Assembly (NCBI GenBank): GCA_963726195.1
Contig: CAVSBO010000004.1
Coordinates: forward strand, 96,001 to 160,000
Source: Candidatus Thorarchaeota archaeon
GTDB lineage: Archaea; Asgardarchaeota; Thorarchaeia; Thorarchaeales; Thorarchaeaceae
Reading direction: 5' to 3'
Length of the DNA: 64,000 nucleotides
Within the stretch, counting starts at the first letter, position 1; each line of letters opens with the position of its first letter. Of this stretch, positions 10,985-20,057 are shown piece by piece. The notes beneath the pieces are model-generated. The model did not search any database. It was not told the origin of the DNA and saw only the letters and a program-made list of their open reading frames with translations. The translations under genes and the position numbers were made by a program.

Positions 10985-11020
10985 ATGTAAAGTATACTAT
11001 ACGTAAAGCAAACTTTACAT
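10985..11020. promoter_or_regulatory. Tandem palindromic operator GTAAAG-N4-CTWTAC upstream of the XRE gene
   Basis: tgtaaag-tata-ctatacg overlapping cgtaaag-caaa-ctttaca, about 20 nt upstream of the ATG. Confidence 0.65.
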
Positions 11021-11051
11021 AAGTGCTTTGCGGTGACGGGCCGCGGCAGCG

Positions 11052-11257
11052 CGAGCTCTCGGGATTCGACCTTGGGATGTGAGTTCCTATGCCGGTGAAG
11101 GTGGTCTGGGCGAGGAAGGAGGACAGACGCGGAGTGATAACCGATTTTTGGTTCGAACCGGCTGACGGCTGGAAACCGCTCTCCGATGAATGCAGAGAAG
11201 GAACGAATCAAGGAACTCTGCGCGCCAGTTTATGAATGGGTGAAGACCCTCAAGTAA
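11052..11257 (+). repeat. Second copy of the DUF35 gene 3' end
   Basis: 11089-11248 matches 6542-6700 with 5 substitutions and 1 indel; ends VKTLK-TAA. Confidence 0.95.
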
Positions 11258-11267
11258 TCATTTCGTT

Positions 11268-11295
11268 GAGTCAGCAGATACTCCACTGCTGGCTC
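11268..11295 (+). terminator. Hairpin after DUF35 copy 2
   Basis: gagtcagcag-atactcca-ctgctggctc, 10-bp stem with one G-U pair. Confidence 0.5.
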
Positions 11296-11432
11296 CGCTT
11301 CATCTTGTCCCGGACGAGATACCTACGACGTTAGGGCGACTGGTGCAATAAACCAACACTGAGTCCCGGACAAGGACTATCGAAGGGTAGGGCAGGCACT
11401 GACGGGCTACCATAGTTTCTGCAGTACAGACT

Positions 11433-11815
11433 CTAGATGGAGTATGAATGCATTCTCATCCACTCTGCAAGCTCTGTGGGTGCCATCTCTCCCTGAGCGA
11501 CTCTTCTGACAGTAGTCTCAGCGTTTTCTGTCGATGCATTGAGTCCAAAACCATTGAGCAGTAAGAAAACCCTGGCTGCTGTCCAACCAGTCCTCTTATT
11601 CCCATCCACGAAGGGATGACGTATCACGATGCAGTGCATAAGTGCAGCGGCCTTGACCACACGGATTTGCCAGTTTCAGTACCGAAAACTGGCATCATGG
11701 GAAGTGCGACGCAGTTCTCCAATGATTCCTCGGATAGGATACCTGCTTCGCCGCCAAAGTCCATGATCATCCTGTCGTGAATCCGGAGTATCTCATCAAA
11801 GCTGAGATATCGCAA
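11433..11815 (-). CDS. doc: Doc/Fic family toxin, frameshift near 11660
   Basis: MRYLSFDEILRIH...KAAAL...HPFVDGNKRTG. Confidence 0.9.
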
Positions 11816-11840
11816 GCGAATCTAAGTCCTTATTCAGAGG

Positions 11841-12043
11841 CTATTGTGCTAACCGTCGTAAGAGTTGTGCATCTTCCTTCGTGATGTCGTCCAGCGCCTC
11901 ATCGAACGTGGCGTTGAACTCCTTTCCCCGAGGCTTTATCCGCAGAGTCGGAGGATGGTTTGGTCGAGTCTCTCTCCAGGAAGTCGTATCCTCTCCAGTA
12001 GACCATACACCTCCTCAGAGACCGAGATTCTCTTTGTGGTCAT
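11841..12043 (-). CDS. Antitoxin with VapB/DUF217-like N-terminus and Doc-neutralising-type tail; frameshift near 11940; not in ORF track
   Basis: MTTKRISVSEEVYGLLERIRLPGERLDQTILRLCG / IKPRGKEFNATFDEALDDITKEDAQLLRRLAQ*. Confidence 0.75.
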
Positions 12044-12111
12044 TAAGGCCAGACCTCAGCGATACATTCGTTCTGATTGATATAAGGCTGTAGATTGAGT
12101 GAATGTGTACG

Positions 12112-12358
12112 TATGTGGTCAAGGATGGGTGCAAGACCGCAGTAGCAAACGAGCTTAGAGGCGAGAAACCGTGGGATCCTGATTTCAACATGCCCGTGAA
12201 GGTAGTCTGGGCGCCGAAGCAGGATAGACGCAGCGTGATCACTGATTCCCACTTCGAGCCAGCAGACTGCCAGAAGCAGGGGCTCAATGATCTCGGAGAA
12301 AGAGCGAATCAAGGAGCTTTGTTTGCCCGTCTATGAGTGGGTAAAGACTCTCAAGTGA
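12112..12358 (+). pseudogene. Third, more diverged copy of the DUF35 gene 3' end
   Basis: YVVKDGCKTAVANELRGEKPWDPDFNMPVKVVW...EKERIKELCLPVYEWVKTLK*, colinear with 6464-6707, many third-position changes. Confidence 0.92.
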
Positions 12359-12364
12359 AAACAG

Positions 12365-12397
12365 GGGCGTCGGCAGACATGTCGCTGCTGACTGCCC
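12365..12397 (+). terminator. Hairpin after DUF35 copy 3, homologous to 11268-11295
   Basis: gggcgtcggcag-acatgtcg-ctgctgactgccc. Confidence 0.5.
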
Positions 12398-12547
12398 ACT
12401 TCTCCCCGATGAGGACGCCTTCCTCCAGAACGCCAACACATGAACATACTCCTTTGTCACGAGATAAGATCGGAGCAATCGCCCCAAGATTCTTTAGCTG
12501 GACCGAGCATCAAGAAGGATTGTTTTAAGAAAAGGAGATGGCGATCA

Positions 12548-12916
12548 TTGCCAAGAGTGAATTACTTTGAGTTTGTGGCCGATAACCCTGAGAGAGCGAA
12601 GAAGTTCTATCAGAGCGTGTTTGGTTGGAAAATCGAGAAGTGGAAGGGCCCAATAGAGTACTGGCTTGTGACAACAGGCGTCGCAAACGAACCCGGCATA
12701 GACGGAGGTTTCCTCAAGAGGCAGAGTCCACAGGATGTATCTGTTAACTTCATCGAAGTGTCTGACGTCGACAAGTACACGAAGCTCATAGAGAAGTCCG
12801 GCGGAACCATCGTACACCCCAAGCAGGCAGTCCCGGGTGTTGGCTGGATGGTCTACTTCAAAGACCCCGAGGGCAACGCTTGGGGTATGATGCAGAATGA
12901 TCGGTCGGCCAAGTAG
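12548..12916 (+). CDS. VOC/glyoxalase family protein
   Basis: RVNYFEFVADNPERAKKFY..VFGW, GIDGG, VPGVGWMVYFKDPEGN; aggag RBS and TTG start. Confidence 0.9.
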   Translation: MPRVNYFEFVADNPERAKKFYQSVFGWKIEKWKGPIEYWLVTTGVANEPGIDGGFLKRQSPQDVSVNFIEVSDVDKYTKLIEKSGGTIVHPKQAVPGVGWMVYFKDPEGNAWGMMQNDRSAK

Positions 12917-13293
12917 TCGTACTTCGGGCTATGATCACAGGTTGCAGTCGATTACAGATGAGCACAGACCCGGAAACATCGGATCTTGAAGGCGGTAGAT
13001 TCTTGCACACCGTCACGTTCAGGGCCCTTCAAGAGTCCTTACCTTTGTCCCTTGCTCGCTACTATCCGCCATGTCATGGCACACTGTCGAGAAAGGTCAG
13101 AAATACCTTGCGCTGAGCACAATAGTGGACCACTTCCCGACAACTCAGAGGAGGGTGCGAAGCCACGGCTCCGAATCGCGAGAAATAGCGAATCTAGTCC
13201 TTCCGCTAACCCGAAGCTACTCAAACGATGAGCATTTATCGTGAAAGGCACGTAGTTCTGCTAGCCCGTTGAAGTTCATCTGTGAGGTAAGTC

Positions 13294-13524
13294 TTGACGA
13301 TGCGAATCGATTACGACCCCGTTGCGGATGCCGTCTACTTTCATTTTAGGACTGCCGCTGTTGCAGACAGTGTGGAGATACGCGAGGGAGTAGTAGTAGA
13401 CTACGATGCCGACGGCAGTATTTGTGGCATTGAGATTCTCTCATACTCGAGACGCAACATGGATCTTAACCATCTCATAACCCTCCGAGAGGAGGAAATC
13501 GTCGCTGAGGTCGCCGTTGTTTGA
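13294..13524 (+). CDS. DUF2283 putative antitoxin
   Basis: MRIDYDPVADAVY...VVVDYDADGSICGIEIL. Confidence 0.88.
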   Translation: MTMRIDYDPVADAVYFHFRTAAVADSVEIREGVVVDYDADGSICGIEILSYSRRNMDLNHLITLREEEIVAEVAVV

Positions 13525-13759
13525 TCCTATTCACAAGGCACGCCTTGGAGCGGATGAAACAGAGAGGCGTTACCAGAGTGAAGTTGAGGCGGTCGTTGTT
13601 GGCGAGGCAATCACTGCTGTCGCAGATGGTAGTGGAAATCTAGTAGTGCAGAAAAGATTCAGGAATCGGATCCTTCGTGTGCACTTCCGTATTGTGAACG
13701 GCGACAGGCTCATTGTGACAGCATACTGGACCTCGAAGCTGAAGAAGTATCCGGCGTAG
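13521..13759 (+). CDS. DUF4258 (RelE-like) putative toxin, frameshift near 13580
   Basis: TTG at 13521 gives ILFTRHALERMKQRGVT, then ...ILRVHF...IVTAYWTSK; TTGA overlap with DUF2283. Confidence 0.8.
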
Positions 13760-13887
13760 AATGACAGGCGCAGAGCCTCTCGCCCTTCGATTATACGGCA
13801 ATCAAGATGAGCACTTGGATCCGCCTGCATGTTGAGAAATGAATTTAGGCTACCAGTGGACTCGTTCTTTGGTCAGATGGTGACGAC

Positions 13888-14355
13888 ATGAGCGCATCTT
13901 CTCCTCTAGACGAATGGCTTTTCCTCATTGGCACTTGGAAGGGCAAAGCGAAAGGGGGTCAGTTCGGCGAGAAAGACACGATTGAAGGCAACGCTGTCTT
14001 TTCGAGTGAGCCCGGTGCTATGTTTATCATGAGTACAGGTGAGAACTGGTCCGGAGGTCAGCTTCTCCACAAGAACATCAGCATCATGTTCTATGATGAC
14101 GTCGCAAGGAAGTTCAGGCGCAAGACCTTCTTCTCATATGGATTTGTCAACAACGAAGTGGAATGTGCAAGAACCAAGAACGAGATAACATTCGACATTA
14201 CTATGGAGCCATTGCCCAAGCAATTCGAGGGGACCAAGTGGCGTTCCTACATGAGAAAGATATCTGACACCAAGATAGCCACGGGACTTCAGACATCAAA
14301 AGAGGGGAAGGAATTCAAGTCCTACGGTGAATCAATACTTGAGAAACAAAAATAG
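13888..14355 (+). CDS. Beta-barrel protein (DUF1579/nitrobindin-like)
   Basis: FLIGTWKG N-terminal motif; beta-strand pattern. Confidence 0.6.
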   Translation: MSASSPLDEWLFLIGTWKGKAKGGQFGEKDTIEGNAVFSSEPGAMFIMSTGENWSGGQLLHKNISIMFYDDVARKFRRKTFFSYGFVNNEVECARTKNEITFDITMEPLPKQFEGTKWRSYMRKISDTKIATGLQTSKEGKEFKSYGESILEKQK

Positions 14356-14477
14356 GAAGATATGGAAGGACTTGTTCTCAGTGACCAGTACAACTGATTC
14401 CATGAGCGCAAGACACAATGTCCTCTTGCTGCTCTGAATGCAAAGTCCATTCTGTGGTCGTCGGAGGATATTGAGAG

Positions 14478-14897
14478 TTACTTGAGCGATCTACTCACTG
14501 AGGTAATGAAGTCCTTCAAGTCCTTGATTGCAGAAATGGCACTCTCGTGAACGATAGTGGGGTCTACGTCCAGATACATATGGACCAATACGTTCCTCAA
14601 CTTCACGAGCTCTATGAGTCTCCCTGCGAGTGCCGAACTGATGATACGGTTCTGTCCGATAATCTTCACCGCATCAATGTATGATTCCGGTGTTCCCCAA
14701 TGGTTGTGGGCCACAAGGTGAGTTGAGATATCAATTACGGCTTGGGCTGCCAACTGCAGATTCCTCTCAGTTGCGCCTTGGAGCACTTGGTCAGATAGGA
14801 ACCCTTCCCGGTCAGTCGAAGCCGCGACCTTTAGCACCTCAACTGCTCTGGCAATTCTGTCCAATCGGAGCCTTATGACAAGCGGGTCTACTGTCAC
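14478..14897 (-). CDS. hepT: HepT/DUF86 HEPN RNase toxin
   Basis: ERNLQLAAQAVID, RNVLVHMY (RX4HXY). Confidence 0.9.
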   Translation of the reverse strand: MTVDPLVIRLRLDRIARAVEVLKVAASTDREGFLSDQVLQGATERNLQLAAQAVIDISTHLVAHNHWGTPESYIDAVKIIGQNRIISSALAGRLIELVKLRNVLVHMYLDVDPTIVHESAISAIKDLKDFITSVSRSLK

Positions 14898-14902
14898 CCA
14901 GA

Positions 14903-15313
14903 CTACGCCTCCAGAGACTCATTCAGGTAGTTCTCAATGTAGGTTTTCCAGTCCGGATATAACGTGAGGACGGTCTCAACAAATCGTAGCCAGCATTCCT
15001 CATCTTTGACATAGAGCAGTTTTCCGTCCCTCACAACTCGAAAGCAGAGAGACAGAGGTGCTGAGTTAAGCAGTGTTATGTCTGTCTTCTGACCGGCCTC
15101 TGAGTCGAAAAGCCCCAAGAGATCTTTGAAGATGGGCGCCCATCGTTCCTCAGGACTGTGGACAAAAACCCCGATGTCCAAATCACTCATTGCATGAGTA
15201 TGGCCTGTTGCTGCAGAACCGAACAGAATGATGAAATCGACTTGGTCACCAAGCAAACCCAAGACCAATGTCACGATTGAGTCTAGTCGCTTCTTCAGTT
15301 CCAGGAGAACCAC
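14903..15313 (-). CDS. mntA: MntA-type nucleotidyltransferase antitoxin
   Basis: ILFGSAATG...SDLDIGV, DITLLN, GKLLY. Confidence 0.9.
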   Translation of the reverse strand: MVLLELKKRLDSIVTLVLGLLGDQVDFIILFGSAATGHTHAMSDLDIGVFVHSPEERWAPIFKDLLGLFDSEAGQKTDITLLNSAPLSLCFRVVRDGKLLYVKDEECWLRFVETVLTLYPDWKTYIENYLNESLEA

Positions 15314-15833
15314 ACTCCTACGTGCTCGGGATTCTGTCCTGCGCGTCTGTATTTATGCACGGCGGTTATGCTTGCTCGTCCACTCGTCTGCCGGCAGTAG
15401 TAGTATGCTGGTTCCGATAGTAGGATCTCACATAGTCCATGTATGACGTCAGTCAACCAACGGTTAAGACATCTTGGTCAGGCTCACGTATTGGAGCGTA
15501 AGTGAAGCGAAAGAATGTCAATTGAATCACCACCTCTCGTAATGGCTGACTACATATTACGAAGCTTATCTGCCGATGACAAGCGGCCAGATGCCCGTAG
15601 CATAGCCTTCCTACAGAGCTCGTCCTTCAAGGGTATGCAACAGCTGCGTAGAAGCTGGACAATCTTGGACATTTTCGAGTAGGGGCTTAAATAGCTTGAA
15701 CCAGACTGCTCTTTGAGGCTAACTCGACACACACCAGCCTCAAGGAGTGCGACCCCAGTGCCGTTTCTGGGAGGGCAAAGACTCCTGTGTCCAACTTTGT
15801 CCAACTCACAATGAACGGTATCAACTCAATGAT

Positions 15834-16151
15834 TCAGGTCATCGCTACGAAATCGGTACACCTTAAGCCGGGCGCTATCTCCACCGCGCTGCTTTCGTGT
15901 ACTGGTTCCATGTCGCTGGCTATCTTGTGGATTCTCTTGACGACCAGAATCTTGGTCTCACCTAGTGGCGCCACTTCCAGCTGAACTGTATCACCTATGT
16001 CGAAATCATCGCGGTCAGTGTAGGCATCGATCTTAACCTTCACCACAGTCCTGTTTTCTGTTTCCACAGCAATGAATCCGTACAGCGCGGGCGGATTGCC
16101 GAACCGACCGAGCTGACTCGATACTACGACACCACTTAGTATTGTGTTCAT
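15834..16151 (-). CDS. Small hypothetical protein, probable OB fold
   Basis: Beta-rich, FDIGDTVQLEV; TATA-like box at about 16185. Confidence 0.6.
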   Translation of the reverse strand: MNTILSGVVVSSQLGRFGNPPALYGFIAVETENRTVVKVKIDAYTDRDDFDIGDTVQLEVAPLGETKILVVKRIHKIASDMEPVHESSAVEIAPGLRCTDFVAMT

Positions 16152-16293
16152 CTCAGTATCACCATTAACTATAGTGAATTCGACCTTTATACACTATTTG
16201 AAAGCGGATGTGAACCACGAGCCAACCTTCAGCAAGTGATGCGTGTGATGCCTGCTGGTAATCTCGCGCAATACACGCGGAATCTCGCCTGCC

Positions 16294-17812
16294 TTACCAC
16301 AAGTAGGTGCCAAACAGCTGCATTATGACGACCTGAATGAAGACGAGGACCAGCAGCGTAATCTTCTCTCGTCGGTCGATTCCCGATCTCTCAATGTAGA
16401 CAAGCACCGGGATTAGTGCGAAGGGCAAGACGAACATGCAGATTCTTGCAGTCTCGCCCTTCTTTGGTGCTCCAGTTAGGAAGAGGAGCAACAGAGCCAA
16501 CAGGGATGAAAGGAAGAGGTTGTACTGTTTCTTGCTTGTCGGATCTTTGGATACATCAGACCGCAGAATCTTGGCACCACGGTATGCAAGCACTGTCAGT
16601 ACCGGTCCGAAGAAGACCATGATATCCAGGATGTCTTCTGCTCTTGTCGACACGTAGTGACCAAGGCTGGACAATAGCATGAATCCTCCCGGGTTCTCTG
16701 AGGTGGTTGCATATTCGAAAGCCTGAACGTAGTTGAAGTCCAAGGAGAACAGAAGGAAGACGTATGCCAACGCAACAACTACACAGACAGCGACGAGATA
16801 ACGTACGGAGTATAGGATTTCCTTGAGCCAAGCAATGGTGCCCTTCGACCTGTCGAATCCTGTCTGGAGTCAGCTCGAAGATGAGCAGAAGCATCACCAC
16901 GTACACAAACAGGAAGGAAATGAAGGTTCCCAAGAAGAGACAGACGATGGTCCCTGCGAGCCTCGCCTTCACGTTCGGCTGAAGGTAGAAGTAGACCGTT
17001 CCGGCCACCAATGTGGCTACCACCGCATAGATGTTCGCCAGATAGTAGACTTGAACGGCTGGGAGAATGAGGAACAGAAACGAACCGTATCTAGAGGCCT
17101 CAGATCCAATCAGTCGATTGTAGATTCCCCTGACAAAGAACACCGAGGCGAGCGAGCATACTACGGCGAGAGCTATCGCGATAGCCCCTGCACTTTGAAA
17201 TAGCACATAGAACATGTAGATGGTCAACACTGCACCGGGCGGCTGAGTCACTGCATGCAACGACAGTGTCCCCTGAATTGAGTTGAAGCTGGCTATGAAC
17301 TGCAACGGGTTCAGAATCCGTACTGCGTCGGTAAGCAATTCAGAGCCGCCGCCAATTGCCGACACGATGGAACTCCAGCCCTGAATCAGGTTTGTGGCAA
17401 CCATGAGACCGATGCCTAGCGGAACCAGCAGTGCTGATCTCGGTATGTTTGAGTTGTTTCGCCTAAGAGCGTATGCAAACGTTCCGAATCCACCAAGCAA
17501 TGCACCGGCAAAAGCGATTTTTCCGAGCGACGGTGATACAAGGCTGCCCCACAGCGGCCATAAGTTGAAACCGAACATGCCCATGCCGGGCCGCACGAAG
17601 GCTCCCCCGTCTGGCGCTGGGCCTCCGAAGTTTCGGCCTGGCGGTCCTCCGAAGGATACGGAACCGCTGAACAGGTAGTAAAGAGAGACTACTACAGCAA
17701 CTCCCGCAATCATCATGAAATAGCCCTTGATGTGGTCTGAGTCTAGAAGCTTAGGATGTCTGGGTTCATCGTTAGTTGTCTCAGTCAACACTATCACAAT
17801 CCACAATCTCAT
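16294..17812 (-). CDS. Multi-pass membrane protein, GT-C glycosyltransferase-like, frameshifted near 16.8 kb
   Basis: LSLHAVTQPPG, many TM helices, late GETARI motif. Confidence 0.6.
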
Positions 17813-17910
17813 GTGTTCGTCCTATTGTCATTGCACCTGGGCGTCAAACAGGATATAACGAATGGCCGACTTCGAGCCAGAATCATGCCCAAATCGTGCC
17901 CGCATTTCCT

Positions 17911-18342
17911 TCATTCAAAGCTGAGGTACAGCAGTACGATGAGGGCGAATGTGCAGAACAGGTCTGGGATAATCGCGAAGGGCCCGAGTCCAGTCTCATA
18001 GAAGCCGAACGAATAATGAATAATCGGGTTGGACGAGAGTGCATACATGAGGAGCACCAGAACCATGATAATAAGGCCCAGCGTGAAACGAGACCTGACT
18101 TTGCGATAGGTGCCCACGTATATCCAGAGTAGAGATAGTATCAGAGCCAAGTTGACAAAAGATACCACTGTCTTGATGGCAACTAGCTGGATTGTCTCTG
18201 CAGCCTGCGGAGGAGGTAGTGGCGGAAAGGGTGTGCCCGGACGAGGGAGGAACGATGCCGAGAGCGCCAGTCCTACGAAACCGGCGATTATGACTGATAT
18301 GACTATGCACAACATGAAGGCATTCTGTTTCATTTCACTCAA
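17911..18342 (-). CDS. 4-TM membrane protein typically encoded next to archaeal ArsR regulators
   Basis: YRKVRSRFTLGL...LSSNP. Confidence 0.7.
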   Translation of the reverse strand: MSEMKQNAFMLCIVISVIIAGFVGLALSASFLPRPGTPFPPLPPPQAAETIQLVAIKTVVSFVNLALILSLLWIYVGTYRKVRSRFTLGLIIMVLVLLMYALSSNPIIHYSFGFYETGLGPFAIIPDLFCTFALIVLLYLSFE

Positions 18343-18351
18343 CTTCTCTTT

Positions 18352-18654
18352 TCATTCACCGCTTTTGCCAGTTTCCCCAAATCTCACCCAGATTTCGTTG
18401 AAGGAATCGTAGTCGTCCTCTAAGTCCTGTGACAGGAAGTAGATCATGCCGTACCCATCACCTTGGGTCACGAGCAATCGATTCTTGACCAAAACATCCA
18501 AGTGATGCCGTACCGTTTTGTAGTCGAGCCCCAGCATCTGAGCAATCTGGTTTGCATTAGCAGGCCTATCATGAAGCGTACTGATGATTCTGGCACGGTT
18601 GGCTCCACCTCGGGTCCCAGCGATAAGCCACCACAGTACCCGTTTCATGCTCAT
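18352..18654 (-). CDS. ArsR/winged-helix transcriptional regulator
   Basis: LWWLIAGTRGGANRARII..L..RPANANQIA..LDYKTVRHHLDVL. Confidence 0.9.
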   Translation of the reverse strand: MSMKRVLWWLIAGTRGGANRARIISTLHDRPANANQIAQMLGLDYKTVRHHLDVLVKNRLLVTQGDGYGMIYFLSQDLEDDYDSFNEIWVRFGETGKSGE

Positions 18655-18793
18655 GATATTCAAGCGAGGGCCTATGTTTCCGGTATTAAGTTCTTTTAGA
18701 CCACGCCGATCGACAAGAGCAGACAATGACTCGTCACGAACAGAATATAGAAATAGGCCCTCATCGCAGTCCACGATTCGTGGCGAGAACCTG

Positions 18794-19919
18794 ATGACCG
18801 TGCATGAAAGTAAGAAAGCATCTATCCCACGCACGTACTTTGCAATTGCTGTATCTGACGTTCATCTCGGTTACAAGAAGAGTGACCGTGACGCATTCAA
18901 GGCGTTCGTCTATGATTTCCTACCAAAGCAAAGTGTCGATCACTTTGTCATGATGGGCGACATCCTTGACCTGTGGACACGGGACGATGACAAGTTATTG
19001 AAAGAAGTCAGTGGCCTACTTGAGCAGCTTTCCTCACTTAAGGAAGAAGGAAGAATCGGCGTCATTGACTATGTAATTGGGAACCACGACTACGTCATTG
19101 AAAGTCATAAGGCCAAATTCCCCGTGCTCAATGCTTTCGATTTCAAGAGTCCGGCATCTGAACAACCGGCTTGGCTCCTCTTGGAACCTCCAAAGCAGAA
19201 GGGTACTCGAAAGAAGACGTATGGCTTCCTTCACGGGCACCAGCTTCTTGAGGGTCGTGCTGGAAAGACGTACGATGGCACCTGCCGATTCTTGTGCACT
19301 CAAGGAGACTTCAGAGGCTGGCTGTCACGTTTGCTCTTTGATGTCAGGAACTGGGTTCCGATTATCTTCGCGGCGGCATCACTCTTATTCTTGGCCCAGT
19401 CCAGATACTATTCGGCGTTGTTCGCAGCAATCATTGCTATCGCAACTGGCGTAACACTATTCAAGAGTCCTCCAAACCTAGAAGCTCATTTCCGCCAGTA
19501 GCTATGATGAGCAGATAGAAGAGCTGGTCAAGAGCATGCGATGGAGAGACCGACGCAAGCTTGTTCGATATTTGAAACAGTCTCCGGAAAAGAGAAGAGG
19601 TATGGAGCCTCTGCAATTGAAGGCGATTGAACGTGCTTACCACCCCGTTCGGCGCAAACTTTCTGACGTCAAGGTGCATGAGGCCCACACTGCGTTAAGC
19701 AAATCACTGGCAATGCCTCTGGATGAATCAGCGTACTCTGCGTTGGTCACTGCGGAGCATAGAGTGCTCGGACACACTCACAAGAAAGTCGAAGATCCAC
19801 ATTACACAAACTTGGGCTGTTGGGAGAAGAAAGCGCAGCATTGGTACTTCACCATTAGCGAGAACGGTGACTACCGTCTTGAGGAATGGAAGGTAGACAC
19901 CTCTTCGAAATCCAAATAG
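18794..19919 (+). CDS. Calcineurin-like metallophosphoesterase (LpxH-like) with internal TM hairpin, frameshift near 19480
   Basis: SDVHLG, GDILD, GNHD, HGH, GHTH, NLGCW. Confidence 0.8.
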
Positions 19920-20057
19920 CAATCCAGAACTGGCGCTTGACGGGGGACGTCCGGTCTCCGTCCACCAGTCGAAGAGCAACATTCATTGGCCCTTATCAGC
20001 GGATTGAATGCAAAATCCCCTGTCAGGGTGTCACATCTTGGGTGTCGTCCTTCTGCG

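Noticed and set aside
10579-11211. 210-aa ORF as an XRE-membrane fusion with an N-terminal extension
   Set aside because: The N-terminus is antisense read-through of the DUF35 repeat. The fusion disappears if one G is added to the homopolymer near 10750.
6542-11257. DUF35 tail repeats as a diversity-generating retroelement TR/VR pair
   Set aside because: Differences are not adenine-specific and are mostly synonymous, and no reverse transcriptase is present.
11304-11374. Imperfect inverted repeat cttgtcccggac...gtcccggacaag as a MITE
   Set aside because: Single short copy with no target-site duplication and no cognate transposase.
11257-15500. Integron/CALIN cassette array
   Set aside because: No matched RYYYAAC...GTTRRRY pairs with correct spacing, genes in mixed orientation, and no integrase. 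The 13205-13275 hairpin is only superficially attC-like.
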